Source: an uncultured virus (IMG/VR IMGVR_UViG_3300020578_000044) (lineage: Duplodnaviria > Heunggongvirae > Uroviricota > Caudoviricetes). From it: DNA of 64,000 nt. Both the position numbers and the translations under genes were made by a program. The notes beneath the pieces are model-generated. The model ran no database searches. It was not told the origin of the DNA and saw only the letters and a list, made by a program, of their open reading frames with translations. Position 1 is the stretch's first letter. Every line of letters starts with the position of its first letter. Shown here piece by piece: positions 1-11,800 of the stretch. The stretch lies in the IMG/VR virus record IMGVR_UViG_3300020578_000044; one strand, written 5' to 3'.

Positions 1-893
1 CTATAGAATGAAGCCAAACTGTCCATCTGAACAAGTGGAACATCGTCTCCTGTAACCTTTAGAATATTTACAGGTACATCATAGGAAACATAAGCCCAGG
101 CAAGCATGTTTTCATCTGCGCTTGATATATAATGATTAATATCGTAAAGGTTTAATTCATTATCAAAATTATCAAGAGTCTCTTGAACTAACGCTGTTAA
201 GAATTTTCCAGCTGTAGAACTCGGAACAAACAATGACGGTGTTGCAGGATTTTCTGAATCTGCAAACATATCTGTCCAAGTTGGAAACCTCTTTAATATA
301 TTTCTAGCGTGTTCGGAAGCAATAGCTGGAACTGGATCGTGTACCCCAACCTCTAAATAGAATAGAAGACCTAGATCATTAGTGTTTAATGTTTCAGTAA
401 ATATTTCTAGTTCTATTTTTATCCAAGGCTTACAATCTCTTATGAAAATTATATTTGAATCAAAAGATAATACAGACTTTAACCATGGACCGTCCGCAGA
501 GTCTGATTCATGCATTTGCAAATTAAATGTTGGAACCTCAGTTCCGGGAAGATTGGTGAAGACATGTCTATACGCCAATACATCTATTTTTGATGTAGTA
601 TCAACAAATCTTAATACAGAAGGAGTGGCCTGCTCGTAAACAATTTCACCAATATCAGTAACGTATAATGCGCTATTCGATAAAGGGGTAGCAAGTTCTG
701 CGGTATAAGATGGAGAGGTATATTCTAGCCCAACGTATATATTGTCGCCTATTGTGTTTAGGCCATATCTTGATCTCACATAGGAATAATTGGTAAAGGA
801 GTCATTTTTATATAGATTTATAGCATTACTTGTCCATGTGTTGCCGGACTTATTGAAGTCTCCGCTTTTTAAAAGTAACAAATACTGCTTCAT
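1..893 (-). CDS. Virion/baseplate-associated protein (partial, runs off left edge)
   Basis: Not in the ORF track. Read manually from ATG at 893 (MKQYLLLLKSGDFNKSGNTWTS...), open to the window edge, AAGGA-type SD upstream, directly follows baseplate J gene. Confidence 0.75.
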   Translation of the reverse strand, partial: MKQYLLLLKSGDFNKSGNTWTSNAINLYKNDSFTNYSYVRSRYGLNTIGDNIYVGLEYTSPSYTAELATPLSNSALYVTDIGEIVYEQATPSVLRFVDTTSKIDVLAYRHVFTNLPGTEVPTFNLQMHESDSADGPWLKSVLSFDSNIIFIRDCKPWIKIELEIFTETLNTNDLGLLFYLEVGVHDPVPAIASEHARNILKRFPTWTDMFADSENPATPSLFVPSSTAGKFLTALVQETLDNFDNELNLYDINHYISSADENMLAWAYVSYDVPVNILKVTGDDVPLVQMDSLASFY

Positions 894-922
894 CAATCAT
901 CCTTAAAATATTAATTTATAAA

Positions 923-2092
923 TTAATAATTAGTTCCACCCATTATAACAGAACTCACACTTATCGCACCTGCTACTGGATATTTTTTAACTGTATCTAA
1001 TGAGAAATCTGCAATTGGGAGAACTGAACCATCGGCTAACATTGCCGTTATATAGCATCCGCGAATATAATCTGATGATAACTTAATCTGCCTTTCAATT
1101 TCAGAAACTAATACTACATCTCCTACGGTTAATGAATTTAGATACCTCTTTACAAAAAGTGAAGCCTGATTTCTAATTCCACTAGCAAGATTTTCACTTA
1201 AGCCCATTGGTAAACTAACGGTTATCTCTACATTTATGCTAACTCGTTCGGCCATCCTAACATTAAATCTCACTCCAATTGGTTTGACAGCGCTAACTGC
1301 TATCATTACTCTTTGAGGTAAATTTGCCATATCAGTAGCTGTTTCTGGCACAATTATGACGTCACATGATCCAACTCCATATGTACCCTCCCTAATTCTA
1401 ACGTCCCTAACTCCTCTAACCGCTAAGGCTGCAAATCTAATTGACTCAGCTGTACCTGGAGCTTTTGCTTTTACAGAAGCTATGATTCTTCTTCTAAAAT
1501 TAGTATCTGATTCTGCGCTCGTGTTAGAGTGAACCTCTTTTGGATTGGAGCAAAATAATATTACTCCAGCCGGAGAAAAAGCATTGTGTTTAGTTAAAGT
1601 GCTAACTGGCGCAACATAAGCGTTGTCTGTGAAATTTGGATCAACTCTTCCATAGGCCCTGGTGGATCCTTTGCCAATAATTACATCTCCAGCTAATTTA
1701 TATGTGTATTGCTTTGTGATAAAATTAGATACATCATTATAAACTAATGTTCCAGACGGTATTGTCACATCTGTACTATGCGGTTTATCAATAAAAAATT
1801 GAATATTAAAAGATTCACGATCCTGGCTTGAATAGTCGCTAACATTTCTTCTAGTTATACCATACAAATCGCCTATAAGATCTAAATTTCTCCCGGATGC
1901 GGTCATAAGATCTCCCTGCATAAGGTTGAATCTCAGTGCCTCATACAAGTCCGACACTTCACTGGTGAAGGCTTCAGCAAAAGCTCTAGCTATAGAGCCT
2001 GGATAAACAGCCGATATGCCTGCATTTTTTTGTAAACCATTTAAAACGCTGACTAATATGTCAGCTTTATTTTTTATTCCGTACATTGGCAT
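923..2092 (-). CDS. Baseplate J-like wedge protein
   Basis: 389 aa; GSIARAF, A.GRNLDLIG.LYGITR, ESDTNFRRRI, GT.ESI....L.V.GV motifs typical of gpJ; follows gp25-like gene. Confidence 0.9.
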   Translation of the reverse strand: MPMYGIKNKADILVSVLNGLQKNAGISAVYPGSIARAFAEAFTSEVSDLYEALRFNLMQGDLMTASGRNLDLIGDLYGITRRNVSDYSSQDRESFNIQFFIDKPHSTDVTIPSGTLVYNDVSNFITKQYTYKLAGDVIIGKGSTRAYGRVDPNFTDNAYVAPVSTLTKHNAFSPAGVILFCSNPKEVHSNTSAESDTNFRRRIIASVKAKAPGTAESIRFAALAVRGVRDVRIREGTYGVGSCDVIIVPETATDMANLPQRVMIAVSAVKPIGVRFNVRMAERVSINVEITVSLPMGLSENLASGIRNQASLFVKRYLNSLTVGDVVLVSEIERQIKLSSDYIRGCYITAMLADGSVLPIADFSLDTVKKYPVAGAISVSSVIMGGTNY

Positions 2093-2093
2093 C

Positions 2094-2474
2094 TCATGCT
2101 CCTAAAGTTTGGCTAACGGAAAGAATAATGGGCTCATTGATATCTGATATGATGTGAATATCAAATCTGATTATATCCCTACTTGTTGGGACTGCCTTAA
2201 TTTGAATACCCCTACCCTTAAAAAGACCTTCTTTTTGAATACCAGCCATTATTAAGGCTTTGCCAAATTCAGCTGTTTCCTTGGTTTGTGGCATTCCATA
2301 GAGTCTTGAAAGATCCACCCCTAACTGTGGATAAATATAGAAATCTCCAGGTTCAGTCATAATTCTTAAGTAAATCTGCTGGACATCCTCATGCATAGAG
2401 GATGGAGCTAGGGCAATATCCCTATTACCATCAAGCATCAGGTCTCCATTTAATGTCAAATACAAATCACTCAT
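2094..2474 (-). CDS. Baseplate wedge subunit (gp25/gpW-like)
   Basis: 126 aa; GDL..D...DI, QQIYLRIMTEPGD...YPQLGVDL pattern; position immediately before gpJ. Confidence 0.8.
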   Translation of the reverse strand: MSDLYLTLNGDLMLDGNRDIALAPSSMHEDVQQIYLRIMTEPGDFYIYPQLGVDLSRLYGMPQTKETAEFGKALIMAGIQKEGLFKGRGIQIKAVPTSRDIIRFDIHIISDINEPIILSVSQTLGA

Positions 2475-3111
2475 TTGTTTCCTTTAATGCAAGATTATGA
2501 GCTTGCTCAAAACTACTTCCATCTTTTATTAACTGAATCATCAACAATATATGCTCTTTGGAGTGATCCGTCTGATATATCTCAAGTAGAGCTATTTGCT
2601 CATCGGTTAGCCCAGCTAAATCATATTCCGATTCATATGATTGTTGAGTTTGCTCTTGTTTTTTGGCAAAACCAAACTCACCTACTATAGTAATAGGAAT
2701 TTGTGTTTCTTGATCTGCATATTCTTGAGCATTATTTAAATAATAGGCAACACCGTTAGTTGCTGAATGAATATTTTTATGATTAATCTTTACTAAAGTT
2801 GGCTCTATATAAGAGGAGGCGCAATAGTTAAAGTTGTAGCTATTCCATCTTAGCCCGTCTTCTTTTGTAAATAATCTTACAGAATCTCCAAATAAAGAAA
2901 TAGATTTGGACTTTGCACTTATAACGATACCAACACCAGGCGCAGCAAATATTTCTATATCGCCACGATCATTTAATCTTATAAAACTAGATAGATCTGG
3001 ATGAGTTAGCCCAACTTCTCTTTCGGAAAACTCTTTTCTTTTTCTAATCTCAACCCCTACGGGAACCGTAGGTTGCTGATAGTTATCTCTTTGTATCGAT
3101 TCTTTAGTCAT
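2467..3111 (-). CDS. Putative baseplate spike-associated protein
   Basis: 214 aa; short beta-strand repeats (SFIRLNDRGDIEIFA..GIVISA..KSISLFGD) resembling a gpV/gp5 beta-helix; baseplate context. Confidence 0.5.
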   Translation of the reverse strand: MTKESIQRDNYQQPTVPVGVEIRKRKEFSEREVGLTHPDLSSFIRLNDRGDIEIFAAPGVGIVISAKSKSISLFGDSVRLFTKEDGLRWNSYNFNYCASSYIEPTLVKINHKNIHSATNGVAYYLNNAQEYADQETQIPITIVGEFGFAKKQEQTQQSYESEYDLAGLTDEQIALLEIYQTDHSKEHILLMIQLIKDGSSFEQAHNLALKETNE

Positions 3112-3479
3112 GAGCTAACCATAAAATTAGGAATTCCAGTATTAACAGTATTGTAATATCTATAATTCCCCATATTACCTGCATCATTATAAAAGTTTAT
3201 AATATATGGCTTTGTTTCATTGCTGTCGCGAAAACCAATTAAACATCTACTGCCTGGAGTGGGAGCCACAGCCTGAACGCCATTGGTTACTGGACAAACA
3301 ACATTTTTTATAATATTACCTATATTTTGAGAATACTGATCTTCCAATACAACTACAGCCGTGTTTTGATGTTTGTCATAAGATGCTATAATACCAGGCC
3401 TATTCCTGGCTTTTTGCATTTCAGTGGCATCTATTTGATCTTGTATTTTTTTATCGAATTTAGGGTAATTAACTGGCAT
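3108..3479 (-). CDS. Putative baseplate spike OB-fold (gpV N-terminal-like)
   Basis: 123 aa; GIIASYD...TAVV, P..G..CLIGF...KPYII pattern of spike OB domains. Confidence 0.6.
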   Translation of the reverse strand: MPVNYPKFDKKIQDQIDATEMQKARNRPGIIASYDKHQNTAVVVLEDQYSQNIGNIIKNVVCPVTNGVQAVAPTPGSRCLIGFRDSNETKPYIINFYNDAGNMGNYRYYNTVNTGIPNFMVSS

Positions 3480-3487
3480 TTTTGCTC

Positions 3488-5830
3488 CTAACTATCTCCA
3501 TTTGCGTATTGTCTTGGGAATACTTCTCCGCTAATCCATCTTTCTATATATTTAGCTGAGTAGTTTGCTACTACTGGCAAAAATACAGATGGATCATTGG
3601 CGTATACATTTCTTATCCACCTTTTTAAATGTTCTGCTGTTTTACCCGTTTTATCAGTATATACGTCTACTGCGTCCTGAAACTTGACTCCGCTATTCAT
3701 CCAACCGTAAGCTTTGTATCCATCTCCCCAAACCTGAAATTGATATCCATCAAGTTTAGGTTCTCCAAAAGTTGGAAGTCTTCCTGTACGAGCAGTATAG
3801 GCTAACCAAGCCTGATTTCTAGGTATCCACAATCTTCTGTCCACCAATGGTCTCATCTCTTCTACTACCTTATTACTGGAATTACCGTTGTAAAATAAAG
3901 ATAGATGATATTTATCATTTATAATTTTATTATACGTATCTTGAGTTGGCCTAGTTTCGCCTGGATAAACTGAGTCCCAATTAGCTGAAGCTATGAGCCA
4001 TCCCTGCATCTGCGTCTTTCCATTTGTATCTGTTAATTCATAGGTTTTAGTTCCATGCGCCAAACCAGAACTTCTCGTATACCTTGGGGTACCACCAGAA
4101 TATCCAAATCCACCAGCACCCATATTAATCTGTAAAAAGCCTAAAGAAATAAAATCTGTATCACCAATATAAAATCCAGTAGGCCTACAATTACTTTCTC
4201 TTACAGCTACTGCTGCCAAACATGCTGCAAGTTCGGGTGTGCACCATGTTTGGGTCAAAACATCATAAACTCCATCTAAACCTAAACTAAAATCCCATTG
4301 CCCATAATAGTTTTGATCTAACGAACTAGCTGTAGTGCCGGGGTATAATCCTCTTTCAATTTGACGCTCCAAACTATCTACGGCACCAGGAAATCCAGAT
4401 GGACGCGAGGTAACACTGCCACCGGAAACATTTGTCCCAGAAACTGTCATAGCTCCACCAGGACCAACATATTTACCAGCTCTCATTCCGCTAAAGCTTA
4501 AGTGTATGTGATCTCTATGACCTGAATCAGCGTGAAAGTTTAAATATTGTAAATATGGTCTATTAAGTTTTATCGCAGCAGTCACTGGTTCTAAATCATC
4601 AATTATTCCCATATCAGTCTTAAGTCTATCGCTAATGACAATTAGATCTGGGATAAGGTACTGGGGAACCTCGGATAAAGCTTCTAGTAATATATCTAAA
4701 GCAGAACCATATATAGTCACATGATTTGGTGAACTATGAGTTGTTTCTACGTCAAACGCTTCTTCATTAATTCTTCCAACTTTTCTTATATCTATAGCTC
4801 TACCGAAAGTATGATCTCCGGGAATAAATTTATCTGGCTTAATGTATTTTTCCTGATCTGGATCTCTTCCCGCACCAAGACCACCAGATATATAGTAGTT
4901 TTTTTCGTGCAGGAGTATTAATAATTCTATCAAAGATGCTGATAAAAATGCGTTTGCAACACCCAAAGTAGGATTTTGAACTATTAGGTCGTCGCTCAAA
5001 ACTCTTTGGGTATTATCTACTTTAGCATCGGGGAAGTAAGTAAAAGATCCATTATAGACTTCTCTAGGGTCTGCTGCCCATTCATTCGGAATATCAAATC
5101 TAAATCCACCAATACTAGAGTAATCACCTATTTGTCCTTCATATTTTGTTCTAAGCAGATTCAACCTTTCTCTATACCAGCTTTTTTCTTCTTCTGTCAT
5201 TTCCGCTATTAAAGCAACATCCCTTCTTCCCGCACTTTGCATCTCACTAATACCCGGGGAACTTGATCCACCGGATCCTCTATTATTTTCTAACGGATTT
5301 CTGCTTTCAGAGGAAGTAATCATTGTATTTCTTATAATTTGCAAAGAATTTTCAACAAAAGTATTGCCAATATTTTTTCCGGCCATACTCTTAGATAGTA
5401 TTTTATTCCATGCCGCAGCTCCGGTTAGAGTGGCATTATTAGAGCCAGTAGGATCCCCCTCGGGGCCAACACTAAAATCTGTTGCTTCAGGGTTAGCTAT
5501 TGTAATGGTCGCATTTTCGGGAGTGGTAGCGGATGCAGCTGCAGCTCCGCCAGTAATCAAACCATTTAAAGATGCAGATACACTTGCATTCATGGCTGCT
5601 ATAGGATATTTTTTACTTCTATTTAAAACATCTCCAGCCATAACTCCAGTTACATCAAAAGAACTTAATGTTCTTCCTGTGGCAGGAGGCGCTAAAGAAG
5701 CGCTAGTGTTTAAAACTGGTGATTTTCCACCGGGGTAAAAATCCCCATGTATAGTTTTAGCAAAAGATGCGCTATCAGAAAGAGATTCATTATTAATATT
5801 AAATGACACAATAAACTCCCTATTGCCCAA
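3488..5830 (-). CDS. Virion-associated peptidoglycan hydrolase (M15-like Zn peptidase plus lysozyme-like transglycosylase)
   Basis: 780 aa; DHTFGRAIDI and HRDHIH (M15/LAS motifs); AVAVRES ... GFLQIN (SLT-like Glu-Ser and GxxQ motifs). Confidence 0.8.
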   Translation of the reverse strand: MGNREFIVSFNINNESLSDSASFAKTIHGDFYPGGKSPVLNTSASLAPPATGRTLSSFDVTGVMAGDVLNRSKKYPIAAMNASVSASLNGLITGGAAAASATTPENATITIANPEATDFSVGPEGDPTGSNNATLTGAAAWNKILSKSMAGKNIGNTFVENSLQIIRNTMITSSESRNPLENNRGSGGSSSPGISEMQSAGRRDVALIAEMTEEEKSWYRERLNLLRTKYEGQIGDYSSIGGFRFDIPNEWAADPREVYNGSFTYFPDAKVDNTQRVLSDDLIVQNPTLGVANAFLSASLIELLILLHEKNYYISGGLGAGRDPDQEKYIKPDKFIPGDHTFGRAIDIRKVGRINEEAFDVETTHSSPNHVTIYGSALDILLEALSEVPQYLIPDLIVISDRLKTDMGIIDDLEPVTAAIKLNRPYLQYLNFHADSGHRDHIHLSFSGMRAGKYVGPGGAMTVSGTNVSGGSVTSRPSGFPGAVDSLERQIERGLYPGTTASSLDQNYYGQWDFSLGLDGVYDVLTQTWCTPELAACLAAVAVRESNCRPTGFYIGDTDFISLGFLQINMGAGGFGYSGGTPRYTRSSGLAHGTKTYELTDTNGKTQMQGWLIASANWDSVYPGETRPTQDTYNKIINDKYHLSLFYNGNSSNKVVEEMRPLVDRRLWIPRNQAWLAYTARTGRLPTFGEPKLDGYQFQVWGDGYKAYGWMNSGVKFQDAVDVYTDKTGKTAEHLKRWIRNVYANDPSVFLPVVANYSAKYIERWISGEVFPRQYANGDS

Positions 5831-8800
5831 CTCTTGCGGGCATTATTGCTGATTCTTCGGCACTGATGACAGAATTCCCCTCAATTTGAAGCTGCTTAGT
5901 ATATACTGTAGCCAAGTTATTTGTTACCAATTCCCAATTTAGGGTAACAGGATGGCCATTTTCATAGTATTCATCCCAGAATATAGTAGGCCATTCTCTA
6001 GTTTTATTATAGGTAGATTCTAGTACTTTATACTGCACTAAATCGTTATACAATTTAATTGTTTCACTATTGGATAATCCATATTTAGTATTTGTATCGA
6101 GTGTTATGGATAGTGGCGAAGTGTAAACTAAGCCTAATGCTGAAAGCGCATTTAATATTGAGTCTTTCTTAACAAAAAGTGGTGAATCTTGATATATAGA
6201 GTTAAAGAATAATTGTTTTATTTTTTGCTCTGCGCCGGCGCCAATTTGATTATCTATAAAACATTTTTCAACAAAATCTTTTGCTGCCTGGACTATAGAC
6301 TCTGGCTGATAATACCATACTGTACCAAGGATTCTATTTGACTCTGTAACATCTTTAGTATAGTTTGCAACAGTATTTTGCTCTGCCCCAGCCTCGAAAT
6401 CAGATTCAGAAATAACAGAACTCGACGCTGCGTTGTTAATTCTTATTCTTAAAACTACTAATCTGTTTTCTAATTTAGATTGTACGAATATCTTAGCTTT
6501 ACCACCAGGAGTATTGATTGCAGTCATTTTCGTTGATGGCGTTGAGTCATTACTATAGCTAACTCCTAAATCGCCATCATTTGATGTAACAGTAAATGTA
6601 TTAATTTCGCCAGAGTCTATTCCATCAAATCTGACAGTAAATTTTGCCCCAGAAATAACATCCTGTACATCAAATGTGTCACCATCTTTAAATTTTATAA
6701 CTTTAGCAATAACGCTAAATAGTGAAGGTTGGAGATTAGTTTTATCTGGACCTAGCCCACTTAATTGTAGCACTCTTGCATGAACTAGAGCATTCTCGTA
6801 ATCTATGTATCTTATTAGATCTGTTGTCTGCCTTTCTTGCCAACCTAAACTCTTCAAAAGATCGTCGCTTCTAATAAAAATATTTCCTTCTGGTGTTCTA
6901 ACTTTTGTCCTTGCACCGAGCAGGCCGGGGAGCAATACTTTAGAGTGATGCCTGCCAACAACCATACCCTGATTATAAGATAGTCCAGCATCCATCGGCT
7001 GACCATTCTTGCTAAGATATTGAACATAACATCCGTGTTGGTCAAGAACATTGTCTCTAATCCATTTCCAACCCTTCCATGCCAATTGACCAACTATTGG
7101 CACAGACAAACCCATAGCAAAGCCTGCTACTCCGGTAGCGCCAGCGCCAGCTGCAGCCGCTGCGATGCCCACTCCGCCAGTTAAGGCAGTAGTCATTCCC
7201 TGAAAAACAGATCTGCTAGCAGAAGAACCATATTGCTTAATCACAGCTTCTGCTTTTTGGGGAAGAGTTGTAGCTGTTTGATTTGCCATAATATCCTTAA
7301 TTAAAGCAGTAGATCCATGAGTGTATTGTAATCCACCAATCATCTGGGGGCTTAAGGCGTCGGATAAAGCATCTACTGATACCATTCCGCCTAAATTAAT
7401 GCCGCTGTTGGATGCCATTATATTATCCATATAGAAACGTGTATCATTTCTTAGGTTTTGCACAGTGAACCATGAGTTAATCCATGAGCTCAAAAACCAT
7501 CTGGCAGGATCGTTAACGGTCACCAAAGCATTTGGTGTAATCGATGTAATATAGCCCATTTCTGGAGTAAAGTGATGTACTATTTGTTCAACTTCAAAAA
7601 TGCCGTACATTCTTTCATAAACATCCGACAAGTAAACCAGGTCATGCGGACGTATATCAGCATTCCCGATTATAATTAATTCCCCACCATATATATCTTT
7701 AATTGATTCTCTCAGGTGCGCTAACGCTATTCTTCTAGCAGATAGTTCGTCAGGTGTGCCCTGAATATTTTTTGCTATACCCCTGACTGTTTCCAGGGGA
7801 TGCATTAGTGGATGCAGCACACCGAGAAATCCAGATCCAACGAAATTATCGTAATACAAACCTGTTTCAACAGTTTTTTCAGTTTGACGCTCTGCTGGCG
7901 CGCCTTTGTCTAGGGCTACTGTAATTGGATACTTGCCATCTGAGACAGCTGTAACAACAGTAGAAACTCCATTTAGGTTTTCTTGAATCTGATTAGATAT
8001 AATATGAGAAAATGAACTTAAATAATGCAATCTTTGGAATGATTGCCTAACTTCCACAACTGGCTCACCATACTCACGAGTAAACGGATTATCTACAGCC
8101 CTCAATAGGCTACCCTCTCTTCCAAGCGAATAATAAATAGAATCATTTAGAACTTTATTTAATATATGAGCTTGCCTACTAAAATTACCAACTTCGGTGA
8201 TAGCATATCCCATTTGCATCATGGCCAATTTAAACATACCTAAAAGACCAGAAAGACCGTCGCCTATTGCACTCATAATTGGCCCTATGTTTCTATCATA
8301 GAAATTACCAACGCTTTCTGATATTCCACTAATAAAAGTAGAAGAACCAGTTCCTTCCGATTTTGTGGAAACTAAAAGCTTCAGAAATTTATTTTTATCC
8401 TTAGCGTATTCACCATAAGGATTTATAAAAGCTTCAAAAATTTTATCAACAGGTTTGAATGACCATTGCCCCTCAGAACCGCCTCCACCACTTGTTATAA
8501 TTCCCCTTTTACGGTTGGGCTTTAATACTAACCATGCTCTACCATAAGCTGTACTCCAAAGATTTTGTCTAAATATTCCAACCATTAAAAGAAATAATTG
8601 TTTTGGAGTTTTAATTTTTTCACTTAGAGCAATAGCCTCTTCAGGATTTTTTTTATTTTCTAAAGCGTACTCTAATATCGAGTTTGTAACTCCAGACTCA
8701 AAAAAGTTTTCTTTGATTCCATTAAGAGCGTCAGCAATAGTAGCATTAAAAAATTGTATTATCCCTGTATCAGATTCTTTTTCTGCTGCTATTAAGTCTA

Positions 8801-11800
8801 TATAGTTTTTTCTTATAAACTCTACTGCGTTTCTTCTTTGAGTAGCGTTTGTTGACGGAACACCTTGACCACCCATCTGTGGATTATTGGGTATATTAAA
8901 ATAATCTGCACCTAACAAAATAGCTAATTCATCTACTGCGGTATTTTCAGTGTTAGATAAACCTGCGATTGGAATGTTTGAATCCTCAAAATTACTAAAT
9001 GAGTTTTCGTTTGAGGATCCTAATATTCTAGCAAATTCTTCTGGAAATGCGTCCGTTGAATCTGGGTCCATTCCATAAATTCTTGCAAAAATAGCTTTAA
9101 CGCTATCATATGTATGATAACCAAATCTGAACTGATCCCATATATCATTTGCTTGATTCAGATTTCTTCCATTACCAGCTATAACTGATACATTCGGGTC
9201 AAAATTTTCATCATAATAAGATCGAGCTTCAACTGAAACAGAGTCCAAAGGGTCATATACACTTAAGAATGCAGCTCTGCCCTTACTTGTCTTTACATCT
9301 CCGGTTGTACTCAGCTCTTCATCTAAAACGTCATATAAATAACTTCTAGAAAGTTGTTCATTTCCTACTAGATCGGAATCTTCACTTGATCCTAAACCAC
9401 CAGACTCTGCTGAGGAATTAAAGTTTGTAGCATCTAATAGTGCATTAAAGTAACCTATAAATGGTTTATCTCTTCCGTCTGGAACTGCTAAAGCATTGCC
9501 GCCAAAATCAAATCTGCTAGAAGATATTTCCGCATTTATAGGAATCCACTCCGAGAATATATTTGGAGGATCTACCATGTCCTCATCATAAACCTTAAAT
9601 CTAGAGCCAGCTCCACCTTGAAGTTCATTTATTAAATCCTGAGAAGTTGTGCGTCTTGCTGTCAGTTCTGATAACTGACCATCTTCTGTCATTGTGTAAT
9701 TTCCAAAACCAAGGATCATGCTGTCATCCGGAGATCTGGCTCCTCTTTCAAGGAATCTTTTTATCGGAGCTGCTGCTGAAGATATTACACCTACAGGAAC
9801 ATCGTCTGGCACAAATGCAAACATACATTCCACTGGCTGTGGATTTATACTTAATCCACTTTCATTTTCATAATTTAACTCATCTTCATTACCAAAAATA
9901 GATACATTTAATCTATCGGTAATTCTATTTCCTATATATATAGGAGCGCTAATATATTGCGAAACGTTTAAAGCATAACCAAGCGCAGTGCCTGCAGCGC
10001 TGCCTACAGCGCCAGCTGCACTTGCCATTGTATTTATCCATGATGGCAATTGGTTTAATATATCGGATTCCTCTGAGTTAGCGGTTAATTTAAAACTTAA
10101 ATTTTTTGATATGAAGTTACCCAAATACCATGCAGCGTCTGGAGAAACTACAGCTGCCGCCGTATCATCATCATCTCCCCATAGGAAATATGCTGGAGCG
10201 CAAACAACAGCCCTATTAGTTCTGGGACTATAAACTAAGACTTTTCTCTTTTTATAATCTTCTGCTGTTCCATATAAATCCGTAAATCCATACTTTTCTT
10301 TGAACTTTTCCAATGTTTCATCATAGACAGTTATGTTATTAAAGCCCGAAGGAGCTTGCGTAGAAGAGAATCCAGGATTATATGGCCATTTCATAGCAAT
10401 GTAAAATTGTTCTGCCTCTGCTGCTGTTTGCTGAGAGGCAGGGAGGTCACCGGGAGATCCCCATTCTTCATAAGATATCTGATTTGATATCTCATACTCA
10501 AACGAATAATCATCAGCATTTCTCTTTGCCTCAGAAGAGCTAACTGAGTATTGTGTAATTGCAGCTGGGTCAACAGATATGCTTAATCTATTAGCTAAAA
10601 CAGAGGGCAGAGGCATTCTTACATACTTTGTATTTGCTCCACCAATAAAAGACAAACCATCTACATCAATAATATTATCAATAAAAGTTGAGAACCCCAA
10701 AGGACGATCTAACTCTAATATTCCAGAAGATGGCACTAGAGTTAGTTCATTATTTAAAATGAACTTGCTTTCATACTGAAGCAGGGTAAACATGTTGGCC
10801 ATAAAAGTTGCGCCACCAAAAGATCTTCTATCTTCTGCCATTGCCTCATTGACAAACCCTTGAAATTCTTCGGCGTCCATTGGAACTTCGCCTTCATTAT
10901 CTAGAAACTTTCTTCCAGATTTGCCAATATCCTTAAAATGACTGGCTGCGTTCTGAAAAACTCCGCCGTCTCTAATACTATAAGATGTAGAGTCTAATAT
11001 AATAGTTTCATTGATTGTGTAAAACGGGTACCTAAATCTTGGCGGAAGATTATCCAACTGAGCATGGGCTTTTGTCATTGGAGCAATAGTTGTAGTCGGA
11101 TCTCCAACAGGAAGGTGGAAACCAACTCTTGTTAAGCCAACTACTGTTGGTAGTTTTGCTACTACCACTTTAGTTCCGTCGTCTTGTGTTTCAGAAAAGC
11201 TTGAAGCTAATGGTGAGTTAAAGTTAATTAATTTTTCTTTCAAAAATGCCGTAGGCTTATAAATGCCCTGTGAATTAACTTGATCACTAGCTAAGCTTGC
11301 CATTGTATCTGACAGTTCATTAGATCTTTTAAATGCTTCATAATCAGCAAGTGTGTTACTGGATCTATTTATATTACTCATAATATTTTGAATATCTTCA
11401 TCTGCCGAACGATATTTTGGATAGCCAGGTAATTCTAGTTCAGAGCCTCTTTGCGTACTAGGAAAACCAGTAGTTACAGGTACTACGCCCGAAGTGTAAA
11501 GCCAGTGAGGCTTACCATAAAATATTGTAGATCTATCTTCAAAAGGTCTAATGGCTACAATATAATTGGGTAACAATCTAGCGCAAACCTGGAATAAATC
11601 CCATACAGTTCTCATATATGTTTGAGCCCTGAAGGAGACTTCGTCAAAACCTGGTAGGTCATCATCATCGTTTGGTGAAATAATACCCATTGTTCGGAAA
11701 AGATTGGTGCCACCTCTTCCTCTTAATATTCCAAATAATCCACCACCAGCTATTCCAGAACCTATAGCAAAATTTACTCCAGGTATTAGACCTACAGCTC

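Noticed and set aside
2684..2693. Additional TTACTATAGT match
   Set aside because: Intragenic and about 210 nt from the next start; does not fit the ~30-nt spacing and may be chance in AT-rich DNA
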